Origin: an uncultured Gemmatimonadales bacterium
Lineage (GTDB): Bacteria; Gemmatimonadota; Gemmatimonadetes; Gemmatimonadales; GWC2-71-9
Length of the DNA stretch: 64,000 bases
NCBI GenBank assembly: GCA_963795085.1
Contig: CAWCFX010000006.1
Span: 640,001-704,000 of the forward strand
Reading direction: 5' to 3'
A program made the translations under genes and the position numbers. Below the pieces are notes generated by a model. It ran no database searches, was not told where the DNA came from, and saw only the letters and a list, made by a program, of their open reading frames with translations. This document shows, piece by piece, positions 19,307-29,376 of the stretch (its first letter is position 1; every line of letters begins with the position of its first letter).

Positions 19307-20566
19307 TCAGGGCCAGGCTGCAGCACCATCTCGATCGCCCGCTTTCCCTTCGATGACCCCCCGATACACCTCCACCAGATCATCGTTCAGCTTCTCGACA
19401 TCGTACTCGGTTTCGACCAGGCGGCGGCCGGCGTCCTGGATCGAGGCCCAGGTCTCCGGGTGATCCTGGAGCTGCCGGAGTGCCCGGGCCAGGCCCGCCG
19501 GGTCGCGCTCGTCGGCCAGGGCGCCGGTGACGCCGTCCTTCACCATCTCCGGAATTCCGGCATGCCGGGTGCCCACCACGATGAGCCCCAGCGCCATGCC
19601 TTCCTTGATGACATTGGGAATGCCCTCCTGGTCCCCGGTGGAGGCAGTCACACTGGGCACCAGCATGACATGCGCCGGCCGCAGGATGCCGGGGAGCGTG
19701 TCCTGGCCCTGGGCGCCCAGGAAACGGACCCGGTCGCCCAGGTCCAGTCGCGCGGCCAGGTTCTCCAGGCTGGAGCGCAGCGGGCCGTCTCCCACAATGT
19801 CGTAGGTCGCCGCGATGCCTTCCCGCCCCAGCTGGGCCATCGCGGCCAGCGCGTCTTCGATGCCCTTCTTCTCCACCAGCCGCCCCACCGTCACCAGTCG
19901 AAGGGGCCGGGCGGGGATCCGGGGCTGGTACGCGAACAGGCCGAGATCGATCCCGGTGCGCATCACCACGATCTTGCTCCGGGGACATCCCATCGCTTCG
20001 AGGCGCCGGCCGAAGTAGCTGCTCACCGGGAGAAACAGGTCGCCTTCGCGGAACAGGGCCTGGTACATGCCAGGGCCGCGGGCATGAATGAACTTGCTGA
20101 CGTCGGCGCCCTGGATCGCGGTGACCAGCCGGCCCTGGATGGCGCCCAGCCGCTTCATCCGGAGCGCCCGCCGGCCCTCCTGCCCGAATCCGCCGTGGAT
20201 GATATCGTAGGCCCCAGGGGGGATGAACGCCGAGGCTTCGTGGGCCAGTCTTCCGGTAAGACCGCGGGGACCCCAGCGGGGGTGCAGGGTGCGGAGCAGG
20301 ACCCGGCGGCTCGGGCCGGTGGCTTCCCGGATCAGGGCCGCAGCCCCGCGCCAGCGCTGCCACTGGGTGGGCGGCGACGGCCGCACCCAGTGCGCGCGGG
20401 GAAACAGGTCGTAGCGGTCGATACTCGGGTGGTAGGGTCCCGGGGTCCGGGGCCGGTCGCCGAAGATATCCACCTCGTGGCCCCGCTTGATGAGCCCGGT
20501 GATCTGGTTCAGCACCGGCGTCTCGGACAGCATGGGGAAAAGCCCCGGGATGTAGGCGATCCGCAT
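19307..20566 (-). CDS. GT4 glycosyltransferase (WcaL/AmsK-like)
   Basis: FPMLSETPVLNQITGL, VGRLVEKKG and GDQEGIPNVIKEGMA. ATG at 20566. Confidence 0.9.
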   Translation of the reverse strand: MRIAYIPGLFPMLSETPVLNQITGLIKRGHEVDIFGDRPRTPGPYHPSIDRYDLFPRAHWVRPSPPTQWQRWRGAAALIREATGPSRRVLLRTLHPRWGPRGLTGRLAHEASAFIPPGAYDIIHGGFGQEGRRALRMKRLGAIQGRLVTAIQGADVSKFIHARGPGMYQALFREGDLFLPVSSYFGRRLEAMGCPRSKIVVMRTGIDLGLFAYQPRIPARPLRLVTVGRLVEKKGIEDALAAMAQLGREGIAATYDIVGDGPLRSSLENLAARLDLGDRVRFLGAQGQDTLPGILRPAHVMLVPSVTASTGDQEGIPNVIKEGMALGLIVVGTRHAGIPEMVKDGVTGALADERDPAGLARALRQLQDHPETWASIQDAGRRLVETEYDVEKLNDDLVEVYRGVIEGKAGDRDGAAAWP

Positions 20567-20571
20567 AGTGG

Positions 20572-21714
20572 TCAGCGAATCTTGCGGAGCACGTCCACGA
20601 CCCTGGCCATGTCCTCCACGGTGTTGTAGCAGTGCGGGCTCAGGCGGATGGCGCCTTCTCGGAGGCTGGCGATCACGTCGGCGCGGCGAAGTGCCTGGTG
20701 GGCGCGGGCGGCATCCGGCGGCGCGACACAGAGGATACCGGAGCCGTGTGTCCCGCGCGGAGAGGTCACCGGGATCCCGTCCCGCTCGGCCCATTCGAGC
20801 ACCGGGGCGTGCAGGGAGAGGATGTGGCGATGAATCGCGGCGGGGTCCAGGGAGAGGACCAGTTCCAGCGACACCCGGAACCCTTCCATGTCCTGGTACG
20901 GCAGCGTGATCATTTCGAAGCGGCGGGCATTGGACCGCAGCCGGTCGCTGTAACTGGTGAGCCGGGTAAAGTCGTCGGTGCCCTCGTAGGCCATCCACCC
21001 CGTGACCGGCGGGTGAAATCGCTCGATGAGGTCCCGCCGCACGTACATGAACCCGGAGCCCCACGGTGACAGCAGCCACTTCTGGCCCCCACAGGCGAGC
21101 ACGTCCACCGGTGCGCGCGATACGTCCACCGGCACCTGGCCGAGCGCCTGCATCGCGTCCACGATGAGATAGGTCCCGGTGGCGCGGGTTTCCCGGGAGA
21201 GCCGGTCGAGGTTGAACTGGAACCCGTTGCTGAACTGGACCAGCGAGACGCTGAGTACCCGGACCCGGGGGTCGGCCAGGCGGCTCACGAGCCGGTCCTC
21301 GTCGGGCCATCCTTGGGGAGTCACCGGCACCAGCTCCAGGGTCACGCCCAGCTCGCGGAGGCCCACCCAGGGATAGACGTTGGCGGGAAACTCCCGGTCG
21401 CTGGCCAGCACGATATCGCCGGACCGGAGTCCCGTCATGCGCGCCGCCAGTCCCAGCCCGAACGTGGTATTGGTGGTGAGGGCGATCTCCTCCGCATCGG
21501 CGTTGATGAGCCGGGCGGCGAGGGCCCGGCATTGGTCCAGCATCGCGAAGATCATCTCGTCGCTGAGGGTATGCGGCAGCATCCGCCTGCGGTTGAACTC
21601 CTCGAGGGCGCGCACGGTGCGAACCGGCAGCGGTCCCGTGCTGGCGTGATTCAGGTAGGTGGTGCGCGCGCTCCAGGGAAATTCATCGCGGCGCAGGGAC
21701 TCGGGGTTGAACAT
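20572..21714 (-). CDS. Class V PLP-dependent aminotransferase/lyase (cysteine desulfurase-like fold)
   Basis: YLNHASTGP, DAMQALG, PLP Lys in GGQKWLLSP, IRLSPHCYN. It lacks the RxGxHC persulfide loop. Confidence 0.85.
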   Translation of the reverse strand: MFNPESLRRDEFPWSARTTYLNHASTGPLPVRTVRALEEFNRRRMLPHTLSDEMIFAMLDQCRALAARLINADAEEIALTTNTTFGLGLAARMTGLRSGDIVLASDREFPANVYPWVGLRELGVTLELVPVTPQGWPDEDRLVSRLADPRVRVLSVSLVQFSNGFQFNLDRLSRETRATGTYLIVDAMQALGQVPVDVSRAPVDVLACGGQKWLLSPWGSGFMYVRRDLIERFHPPVTGWMAYEGTDDFTRLTSYSDRLRSNARRFEMITLPYQDMEGFRVSLELVLSLDPAAIHRHILSLHAPVLEWAERDGIPVTSPRGTHGSGILCVAPPDAARAHQALRRADVIASLREGAIRLSPHCYNTVEDMARVVDVLRKIR

Positions 21715-21756
21715 TTCAGGTTGCGGATTTCAGATTGAAGATGGGCGGCGGGGCGG

Positions 21757-22641
21757 CTAGCGGCCCCGGAGGCGGGGGTCCCAGCCTTCGCGAATCGCGT
21801 CACCCAGGAGGTTGAATCCCAGCACGGCAACCCCGATGGCCATGCCCGGCGCGAAGGATACCCAGGGCGCCACCCGGAGCAGGTCCCTGCCCTCGGCGAC
21901 CATGGACCCCCAGCTGGGGGTGGGGGGCTGGGCGCCGAGGCCGATGAACGAGAGCGCCGCCTCCGCCATGATGGCCGCCGCCATGCCCAGCGTAGCGGCA
22001 ACGATGACCTGGGCCCGCACGTTGGGCAGCAGGTGGCGCAGCAGGATGGACCGGTCTCGCGCGCCGAGGGCCCGTGCGGCGGTCACATACTCGGCACTCC
22101 GGAGAATCAGCACCTGGCCCCTGACCAGCCGGGCCATCCCGGCCCAGCCGACGGCGCCGATAATGATGAAGACCACCAGCAGCGTGGGCTGCACCGCGGC
22201 CGCCACCGCAATCAGTAGGAGCAGGGTGGGAAATGCGAGGGTCACGTCGGCCAGCCGCATGATCAGCGCGTCCACCCACCGGCCGTAGTAGCCGGAGAGC
22301 AGGCCCAGGGTGACGCCGAGGGTGACCGCCACCGCCTGGGAGACCAGGCCCACGGCGAGGGAGATGCGGGCGCCGTAGAGGACCCGGCTCAGGACATCAC
22401 GGCCCTGGCTGTCGGTTCCCAGCGGGTATTGCCCCCCCGGCGGCGTGAGATATGCATCCCGGAGGTTGCCCGCGTAGGGATCGTGGGGAGAGAGCAGGGG
22501 CGCCAGGACCGCGGCAATGACCACCGCGGCCACCAGTACGGCGCCCAGCTGAAACAGCCGGTCGCGGCGGAACACGCCCAGTGCGGCCCGGCCGGCGGCA
22601 AGCGTCGCGGTGTCGGAAGTCAGCGGTTCGGTGGCGGTCAT
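21757..22641 (-). CDS. Peptide ABC transporter permease (OppC/DppC family)
   Basis: LGTDSQGRDVLSRVLYGARISL, EAA-type loop EYVTAARALGA and PPTPSWG. Confidence 0.92.
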   Translation of the reverse strand: MTATEPLTSDTATLAAGRAALGVFRRDRLFQLGAVLVAAVVIAAVLAPLLSPHDPYAGNLRDAYLTPPGGQYPLGTDSQGRDVLSRVLYGARISLAVGLVSQAVAVTLGVTLGLLSGYYGRWVDALIMRLADVTLAFPTLLLLIAVAAAVQPTLLVVFIIIGAVGWAGMARLVRGQVLILRSAEYVTAARALGARDRSILLRHLLPNVRAQVIVAATLGMAAAIMAEAALSFIGLGAQPPTPSWGSMVAEGRDLLRVAPWVSFAPGMAIGVAVLGFNLLGDAIREGWDPRLRGR

Positions 22642-22688
22642 AGATTGAAAAGCTAGCGGGAAGGTAAGAGAAACCCGGCGAAAACGAT

Positions 22689-23795
22689 ATGATCGAAAGC
22701 CCTTTCACCCTGGTCCTGAGCGGCGGCGGCATGAAAGGCCTGGCGCACATCGGCGTGCTCCGGGCTCTGCAGGAGCGCGGGCTGGTCCCGTCCCTCGTGG
22801 TGGGTACCAGCATGGGTTCGCTGGTGGGGGCTGTCTGGGCGACGGGCATGACATCGACCGAGATGATCGCCCGGGCCCGGGCCATCAGGAAGCGCGATGT
22901 CTTTCAGATCGCCCACACCGACATGGCCCTGCGCCGGATGCGGGCGCCCGCGGTCTACCGGAAAGAGCCGCTCGACCTGCTGCTCCACAGCCTGGTCGGC
23001 GACATCACTTTCGACCAGCTGAAGCACCCGCTGCTCATCAACACGGTGGATCTGAACACCGGTTCCCAGGTCCTCTGGGGCCGGCCCGGATTCCGGAACG
23101 TGCGGGTGGCGGATGCGGTCTTCGCCTCCTGCGCGCTGCCCGGGATCCTTCCCCCCCGGGAGGTCGGCGGCCGCTACTGCGTGGACGGCGCGGTAGTGGA
23201 TACCCTTCCGGTCATCGCGGCGGCCGGCGCGGCGATGCAGCCGATCGTCGCGGTGGACGTGGGAGGATCGAGCGTTCGCCGGTCGGGCGTGGAGTCGGGC
23301 GGGTTTGCGGCGACCTACATGCGGGGGCTCGAGATCGTGATGCAGTCCCTCACCTCGCGCAGCCTGAGCACCTGGACCGAACCGCCGCTCGCGCTGATCC
23401 GGCCCCGGGTGGACCATATCCCGATGTTCGCCTTCAGCCACACCGAAGAGCTGCTCAACGAAGGCTACCGCGCCGCGAGCGACACCCTCGACCTGCTGGC
23501 CACCAACGGACCCCTGTCGAGCGGAGTGTATCCCCGCACCGGGATGAAGGTCGCGGTGGACCCGGTTCGCTGCGTGGGCTGCGGCATCTGCGTCGCGATG
23601 GCGCCCAAGGTCTTCCGGATGGGCCCGACCGGCAAGGCGGAAGTCATCGCCCCCCGGCAGACCTGGTCACCGGTCGATGGCGCGTACGTCCTGCACTGCC
23701 CCACCGACGCGATCACCGCGAAACCGCTGGAGCGCTCGTCGGGGAAAACTCGGCGGCGATCCGGATCATTTCCGTCGTCACCCGGTCCCAGTTGA
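22689..23795 (+). CDS. Patatin-like phospholipase fused to a C-terminal ferredoxin (Fe-S) domain
   Basis: LSGGGMKG, GTSMG nucleophile and DGA catalytic Asp. The C-terminus carries CVGCGIC...CPTDAI. Confidence 0.85.
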   Translation: MIESPFTLVLSGGGMKGLAHIGVLRALQERGLVPSLVVGTSMGSLVGAVWATGMTSTEMIARARAIRKRDVFQIAHTDMALRRMRAPAVYRKEPLDLLLHSLVGDITFDQLKHPLLINTVDLNTGSQVLWGRPGFRNVRVADAVFASCALPGILPPREVGGRYCVDGAVVDTLPVIAAAGAAMQPIVAVDVGGSSVRRSGVESGGFAATYMRGLEIVMQSLTSRSLSTWTEPPLALIRPRVDHIPMFAFSHTEELLNEGYRAASDTLDLLATNGPLSSGVYPRTGMKVAVDPVRCVGCGICVAMAPKVFRMGPTGKAEVIAPRQTWSPVDGAYVLHCPTDAITAKPLERSSGKTRRRSGSFPSSPGPS

Positions 23796-24909
23796 AATGG
23801 GTTTCCACCAGCCGGCGGCCCGCCGCCCCCAGTTGGCCCGCCAGGGCTGAGTCGCTCAGCAGGGTATCGACTGCCCGGGCCACGTCGGCGGAATCGGTGG
23901 GATCCGCCAGCAGTCCGGTCTCCCCTTCCCGCACCGCGTCCGGAATCCCGCCACTCCGCCCTCCCACCACCGGCACCCCGCAGGCCGAGGCCTCGACCAG
24001 CGAGATCCCGAATCCCTCGACGCTGCTGTCCGCCACCCGGGAGACGCCCAGGTAGACATCGGCCAGGTTGTAGAACGCGGGAAGATCGTCGTCGGGAACG
24101 CCGGTGAGGATGTGCACCCGGTCCTGGACGCCGAGTTCTCCGGCGAGTTGCTCCAGTTCGGCCTGGTGCCGCCCGCCGCCGATCACCGCATACCGCAGGT
24201 CGGGGTGATCAGGGATCAGCGCCGCCAGGGCGCGAAGCCCGGTATCGATGCCCTTGTGAGCGGTGAGGCGCGCCACCGTCACCATCCAGCGGCCCTCGGG
24301 CAGGCCATACCGGGAGCGTACCTCGGCGGTTTCCACCCCCGGCCGGAAATGGACGGGATCGGTGCCCAGGGGCACCACCCGGACGTGATCGGGATGGATG
24401 GCCACACCGATCTCCCGGCAAACCGAGAGGCAGAGTTCGCGGGTGTAGCGGCTGTTGGCGACGATGACCGAGGCGGGATGAATAAGGGCGCGCGCCACCT
24501 TGCGCTTCAGCGATGACTGGTGCGCCTGGTGCTGCAGGAGCAGCAGGTCGGTCCCATGCACGATGATGCCGTAGGGCACCCCGGTGCGCTCCCGGGCCCA
24601 GTTGGCGGGGTACGCGGCAGGCTTGATATTGCCGCACCAGATGAAGCCGGGAGAGAGGTCGCGGCAGAGCGAGGAGACCCGCCGCGACCAGAGGAGCAGG
24701 CCCTGGATGGTGCGAAGCCGCCGGGCCGGCACGGACACCCGGTCCACCTGGTTGGGCAATTCGCTGTCCCCGCCCTCACTGCCCTCCGATTGACCGGTGG
24801 ACACCACCAGCTGGCCGGCGGGATAATGGCGCGCCAGCTCGCCCATCCAGCGCGAGAGGCCGCCGCCGATCGGCGGAAAGTCGTAGGCCAGGAGCAGGTG
24901 GGGGAACAT
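23713..24909 (-). CDS. GT4 glycosyltransferase (PimB-like)
   Basis: DFPPIGGG, VARLTAHKG and EGFGISLVEASACG. Confidence 0.9.
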   Translation of the reverse strand: MFPHLLLAYDFPPIGGGLSRWMGELARHYPAGQLVVSTGQSEGSEGGDSELPNQVDRVSVPARRLRTIQGLLLWSRRVSSLCRDLSPGFIWCGNIKPAAYPANWARERTGVPYGIIVHGTDLLLLQHQAHQSSLKRKVARALIHPASVIVANSRYTRELCLSVCREIGVAIHPDHVRVVPLGTDPVHFRPGVETAEVRSRYGLPEGRWMVTVARLTAHKGIDTGLRALAALIPDHPDLRYAVIGGGRHQAELEQLAGELGVQDRVHILTGVPDDDLPAFYNLADVYLGVSRVADSSVEGFGISLVEASACGVPVVGGRSGGIPDAVREGETGLLADPTDSADVARAVDTLLSDSALAGQLGAAGRRLVETHFNWDRVTTEMIRIAAEFSPTSAPAVSR

Positions 24910-24930
24910 GGGTCTCCCGGAGCGTGAAGG

Positions 24931-26016
24931 TCAGGTCCCGCCGAGCAGTTCCTGGTACAGCCGCGCGGTACGGTCGATGGTGCGGTCCAGGGAAAACCGC
25001 TCCCGGGCGGTGCGGCGCGCCGCCTGGCCCAGCCGCCCGGCCAGCGCCGGGTCGAACGCCAGCCGGGTGATGGCCGCACCCCAGGCGGCGGGATCGCCGG
25101 GCGGCACCAGCAGGCCATCGGTCCCGTCCGTCACGACCTCGAGGTTGCCGGTGGCGGCCGACGCCGCCACGGCTTTCCCCAGCGCCATCGCCTCCAGCAG
25201 GGCCTGGCTCAAGCCTTCCATCCGGGATGGGAGCAGGACCACGTCCAGCAGATCGTAGAGGGGGCGCACGTCGGAGTCAAAGGGGACGAACGTCACCGTG
25301 TGCCGAGCCGGCGCCTGGGCCGCGGCCTCGGCCATCCCGCCTTCCGCCGCCACGCCGGCCAGCACGAGGTGCAATGGCCCGGCCACCGAATCGAGCGCCC
25401 GGATCACGACGGCCTGGTCCTTTTTCCGGGCCACGATCCCGACCACCGGGCGGCCGGGTCGCCAGCCGATACGCTCTCTCCAGCGCTCGAGATCCCCGGC
25501 GGAAACGGCTCGGTCGACCCGCTCGGTAACCAGGCCGTTGTGAATCACCACCACTTTCCGGCGCGGAGTTCCCTTCCTCACCAATCCGTCCGCCACCGCC
25601 TGGCTCACCGCGATGACCCGGGCCGCGACCCGGCTGGCGATCCAGTTCTCGAGGAAAAACGTCAGGGGCATCTGCCGGCGGGTGAATACCGCGGGCACCG
25701 GGAGCCGGCGGGTGAGGCCCAGCCAGGTGAGCGCCTGCCGGTCCCGGGCACTCTGGGAGTTGACCAGTTGCGGGCGCTCACGGGCGATGACCTCGGCCAG
25801 GACCGCCGCGTTCCGGACCCGTTCCCGGGGAAGCAAGCTGGCCGGAACCACCTGCAGCCCGGCCGATCGGGCGCCGGCTTCGACGTCAGACCCGGGCGGA
25901 CACACAAACGTGATCGCCAGCCCGCGCCGGGCCAGGCCGATGCTGAGGTGCAGGGTCGACGTCACCGAGCCGGCTCCGCCGCCCTGGTGCAGCACCTGCA
26001 TGATGCGCATCGTCAC
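24931..26016 (-). CDS. GT4 glycosyltransferase
   Basis: VIHNG, PSRMEGLSQALLEAMALG and GLLVPPGD. Confidence 0.88.
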   Translation of the reverse strand: MTMRIMQVLHQGGGAGSVTSTLHLSIGLARRGLAITFVCPPGSDVEAGARSAGLQVVPASLLPRERVRNAAVLAEVIARERPQLVNSQSARDRQALTWLGLTRRLPVPAVFTRRQMPLTFFLENWIASRVAARVIAVSQAVADGLVRKGTPRRKVVVIHNGLVTERVDRAVSAGDLERWRERIGWRPGRPVVGIVARKKDQAVVIRALDSVAGPLHLVLAGVAAEGGMAEAAAQAPARHTVTFVPFDSDVRPLYDLLDVVLLPSRMEGLSQALLEAMALGKAVAASAATGNLEVVTDGTDGLLVPPGDPAAWGAAITRLAFDPALAGRLGQAARRTARERFSLDRTIDRTARLYQELLGGT

Positions 26017-27107
26017 CGGGTCCGCACCAGGTCCAGGAAGAGATCCTCGTAGTCCGAGATACTGCGTTCTTCGGAGAAGCGCTCGACGCAGCGAGCGCGG
26101 GCCATCTCGCCCAGCCGGCTCCGGCGGGCTTCGTCCGGCAGCAGCGCATCCAGGGCGGCCGCGAAGGCCGGGGGATCATTGGGCGGCACCAGGACGCCCG
26201 TCTCCCCCAGCACGTCGCCGAGCGCGCCGGCCGCCACGGCCACTACCGGCCGGCCGCAGGCCATCGCCTCGGCTACGCTCCGGCCGAAAGTTTCGACCGG
26301 GCCGGCATGCACGACGACGGTCGCGGCGTTGTAGCCCGCTGCCATTTCATCGTGGTCCAGGAAGCCGATGAACCGGACCGGCGCGCCGAGCCGCTCCGCC
26401 TGGGCGCGGAGCGCCGGCTCGTCCACCCCGGTCCCGGCGATCACCAGTGGAGAGCGATGTTGCAACGCGGCCACCGCGTCGATCAGCACGTCGAACCGCT
26501 TATCGGGAAAGAGCGCACCGGAGGCCAGCAGCAGGGGCCCATCGCCCAGGCCCTGCCGGCGGCGGAAGGCCGCGCCGGCGGACGGGTCGGGCTGAAAACG
26601 CGTGACGTCCACGCCATTCCAGATGATCCGGTACGGCACCCGTCCCATGAACGGAACCCGGAGCAGCGTCCGCTCGGCCCACCCGGGCGTAAGGAAGATG
26701 GTGGCCGCGACCCGCTGGTAGGCGAGGCGGGTCACCAGGTCGGCGGGGGGACGCTCCCGGCGCACGTTGAAGCGATATACCAGGGGAATCGGGCGGTCGA
26801 CCGAGGCCAGCGCCGCGACCCGGAGATCCCGCGGCCGGTCGGCCAGGACCGCCTGGACCCGGTGCGTCCGCAAAACCCGGCGAAGCGCCATCGTCTCCAG
26901 CCACCCGGTGTTCTTCGACGGCACCAGCTCGGCCGGAATGTTCAGCGCGGTGACGGCGGCGGCGATTTCCGGCTCGCCCACCAGCAGGCGGATATCGTGT
27001 CCCCGGCGGCGGAGCCCGGCGGCGATACTGGTGAGGCTGACCGTCGATCCACGCCAGCTGCGGGCCGAGGTCAGGAGCGCAACCCGGAGGGCAGGCCGGG
27101 CGGTCAT
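26013..27107 (-). CDS. GT4 glycosyltransferase
   Basis: IWNGVD, KRFDVLI and ETFGRSVAEAMACG. ATG 27107 overlaps the upstream stop. Confidence 0.88.
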   Translation of the reverse strand: MTARPALRVALLTSARSWRGSTVSLTSIAAGLRRRGHDIRLLVGEPEIAAAVTALNIPAELVPSKNTGWLETMALRRVLRTHRVQAVLADRPRDLRVAALASVDRPIPLVYRFNVRRERPPADLVTRLAYQRVAATIFLTPGWAERTLLRVPFMGRVPYRIIWNGVDVTRFQPDPSAGAAFRRRQGLGDGPLLLASGALFPDKRFDVLIDAVAALQHRSPLVIAGTGVDEPALRAQAERLGAPVRFIGFLDHDEMAAGYNAATVVVHAGPVETFGRSVAEAMACGRPVVAVAAGALGDVLGETGVLVPPNDPPAFAAALDALLPDEARRSRLGEMARARCVERFSEERSISDYEDLFLDLVRTR

Positions 27108-27862
27108 GTCGAAGCCCGGGTGCGCTCCAGGGCCCAGAGATGCGCGTACTTGAGGAAGGTACCGTACGCGCCGAGCATCGACGTCGCGAGTCCGAACTTG
27201 CCATCCCACACGTTGCCCTGCAGCAGGTAGGCCCGGAGGAACCGACCGAAGGGCCGACCGGCCAGGTCCCACGGGGTCGCATGGGCGCCCTTGTCGAAGA
27301 GGTCGAGTGCGCCCCAGCGGGCGTAGCGTTCCATCTTTTCCAGCTGGTGGGACAGGTCGCGATAGGGCACATGGACCAGGTGCCCCTGAAGAAACCCGGG
27401 GTTGGCGACCGCCTCCAGGTTTTCGTGGACTCGCCGTTCCACGTACCGGCGCTCGCGGGGGAAGAGGCGGGTCACCCAGTCGCGGCCCCAGTGTCCCCGG
27501 GTCAGTTCGTGGCCGAGGTAGAAGTTTCTGCGCCGGATGCGATAGGCCGGGTGGGACGGGGCGGCGAGCACCCGCGCCAGTTCGTCCCGCAACGGGTCGC
27601 TCACTCGCTCATCGGCGTCCACCGCCAGCACCCACGCATGGCGGGCGACCGCGATGGCCGCGTTCCGCTGGGCGGCGATGGTCGGCCCGGTTTCTTCCAG
27701 GACCCGGGCGCCGGCCCGGCCGGCGCGGGCCACCGTGTCGTCGGCGGATCCGCCGTCGGCCACGATGACCTCCCCCGCCCAGCCCAGTCCGCCGACCAGC
27801 TCTTCGATCTGGTTCGCTTCGTTGAGGGTGGGGATCACCACCGTGACGGGGACGGCGCGCAT
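27104..27862 (-). CDS. GT2 glycosyltransferase (KdtX/LgtF-like)
   Basis: VVIPTLNEA, DGGSADDT, WVLAVDADE and VHE. Confidence 0.9.
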   Translation of the reverse strand: MRAVPVTVVIPTLNEANQIEELVGGLGWAGEVIVADGGSADDTVARAGRAGARVLEETGPTIAAQRNAAIAVARHAWVLAVDADERVSDPLRDELARVLAAPSHPAYRIRRRNFYLGHELTRGHWGRDWVTRLFPRERRYVERRVHENLEAVANPGFLQGHLVHVPYRDLSHQLEKMERYARWGALDLFDKGAHATPWDLAGRPFGRFLRAYLLQGNVWDGKFGLATSMLGAYGTFLKYAHLWALERTRAST

Positions 27863-29376
27863 CAGCGAGCCAACCGGCGGGTCCGCTGCACCAGGACGTC
27901 GGCAATCGCGACGGCGCTCAGCAGCGCGAACACGAACATGTGGACCAGGTGGCGACCAAAGGCGGTGCGGATGATCCGGAGCGAGCCGCGGTAGGGATGG
28001 CCGGTGGACACATGGACCACGTAGATACCCACGATAGCCAGCCATCCGAGGACGGCGATCCAGGTGTACAGCCGCGCATCCGGCCCCAGCGCTTCCCGGG
28101 ACCGCCAGAGCCACAGCGAGAGGATGAGCCACAACGGGACAAACATCCCGAACCCGTAGTGCGAGAGCATCTGGCCCTGCATTCCGTAGAACATCGTCAG
28201 GTAGGTGCCCGGGGTAATCCGGGTGGAGTCGGCGGCCGGGTCCGCCGCAGGGGCCTCCTGGACCGCCAGGGGAGCCGTGGGGGCCGGCGCCGCCAGCGCG
28301 CCGATCTGGACGTCGAAGACCGCCGGGACCTGTAGTGATGGGGGGCGGACGCTCCACAGGCCGAAACCGGCGGCGGCGCCGAGCAGGGCGGCGTAGAGCC
28401 GGGGGTCCCGGCGCCGGGGCAGGAACCACCAGATCGCCGCGGTGGCGATGACGATGAGAGCTCCGCCATCCCGCTTGATCAACTCGGCTGCCGCGCCGGC
28501 GACCACGGCGAACGCCACCGCCTGCCACCGGCTGGCCACCAGGCCGGGGTCGGTGGCGAGGAACAGCCCGACCGCGATCGCGATCATCACCGGGACATCC
28601 GCGTAGTTGCTCACGGCGCCCTGGTAAACCCGCACCGTCATGAAGAACCAGAGGACGCCCCACGGCGCCAGCGTCGGCGCGACCAGCCGGAGGACCCGGT
28701 ACAGAACGAAACCAAAGGCGCCCACCAGGAGAAACGGCAGCAGCCTCCCCTCGATGGTGCCGTTGGTATGCCCGAGCCAGAGGAGTACCGAGTGGAGCGG
28801 CGGGCGGCCTGGATCGAGGCAGTCGAAGATGCCCTGGAGTCCGCCGGTCGCGTCAAAGGCGACGGCGCGGCAGGCCCAGATGTCCTTGGTGTCGGTCCAA
28901 TGATACGGAAAGAACAGGTGGGGAAGCTGCAGCAGCCAGAAGGCCAGCGCACCCCCGAGCGCGGGATGGCGCCAGGCGCGATCCAGCCCGGGCCGTGGCG
29001 CATCGTCCGCAGCCCTTCGCTGCCGCACCACCGCGCCGCCCAGAAACAAGACCAGCAGGAGCGCCCAGGAGACTCCGTGCTCAAAGAAGCCGGCGAGGTA
29101 AACCCAGACCATCTGCCCGATCGCGAGGGTCCAGGCCAGGGCCAGGAAGTGCACCGCCCAGGCTGCCCACCGGAAACCTCCCCGCGGCAACCACCACCAC
29201 GCCGTGATGGCCAGCAAGGCGGAAAGCACGAGTTCTTCCAGCAACCCACCGCTCCATTCCCAGGGGCGGGCGCCAAAGCGCAGGCCTTCCTGGTACATCA
29301 CGCCGATCCGCCAGAGCCCGGTCCCGGCCTGTACCGCCGTGAGGATGCCGAGCACTATAAGAATGGGACGCTTCAT
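27862..29376 (-). CDS. Polytopic membrane protein, possible GT-C / glycan-modifying transferase
   Basis: Many TM segments with WTDTKDIW, RPPLHS, NYADVP and IKRDG loops. It lies within the glycan operon. Confidence 0.6.
   Translation of the reverse strand: MKRPILIVLGILTAVQAGTGLWRIGVMYQEGLRFGARPWEWSGGLLEELVLSALLAITAWWWLPRGGFRWAAWAVHFLALAWTLAIGQMVWVYLAGFFEHGVSWALLLVLFLGGAVVRQRRAADDAPRPGLDRAWRHPALGGALAFWLLQLPHLFFPYHWTDTKDIWACRAVAFDATGGLQGIFDCLDPGRPPLHSVLLWLGHTNGTIEGRLLPFLLVGAFGFVLYRVLRLVAPTLAPWGVLWFFMTVRVYQGAVSNYADVPVMIAIAVGLFLATDPGLVASRWQAVAFAVVAGAAAELIKRDGGALIVIATAAIWWFLPRRRDPRLYAALLGAAAGFGLWSVRPPSLQVPAVFDVQIGALAAPAPTAPLAVQEAPAADPAADSTRITPGTYLTMFYGMQGQMLSHYGFGMFVPLWLILSLWLWRSREALGPDARLYTWIAVLGWLAIVGIYVVHVSTGHPYRGSLRIIRTAFGRHLVHMFVFALLSAVAIADVLVQRTRRLAR

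Noticed and set aside
22689..23795. Patatin as a CBASS CapV effector
   Set aside because: There is no CD-NTase or other defence gene adjacent, and the context is a housekeeping envelope cluster.
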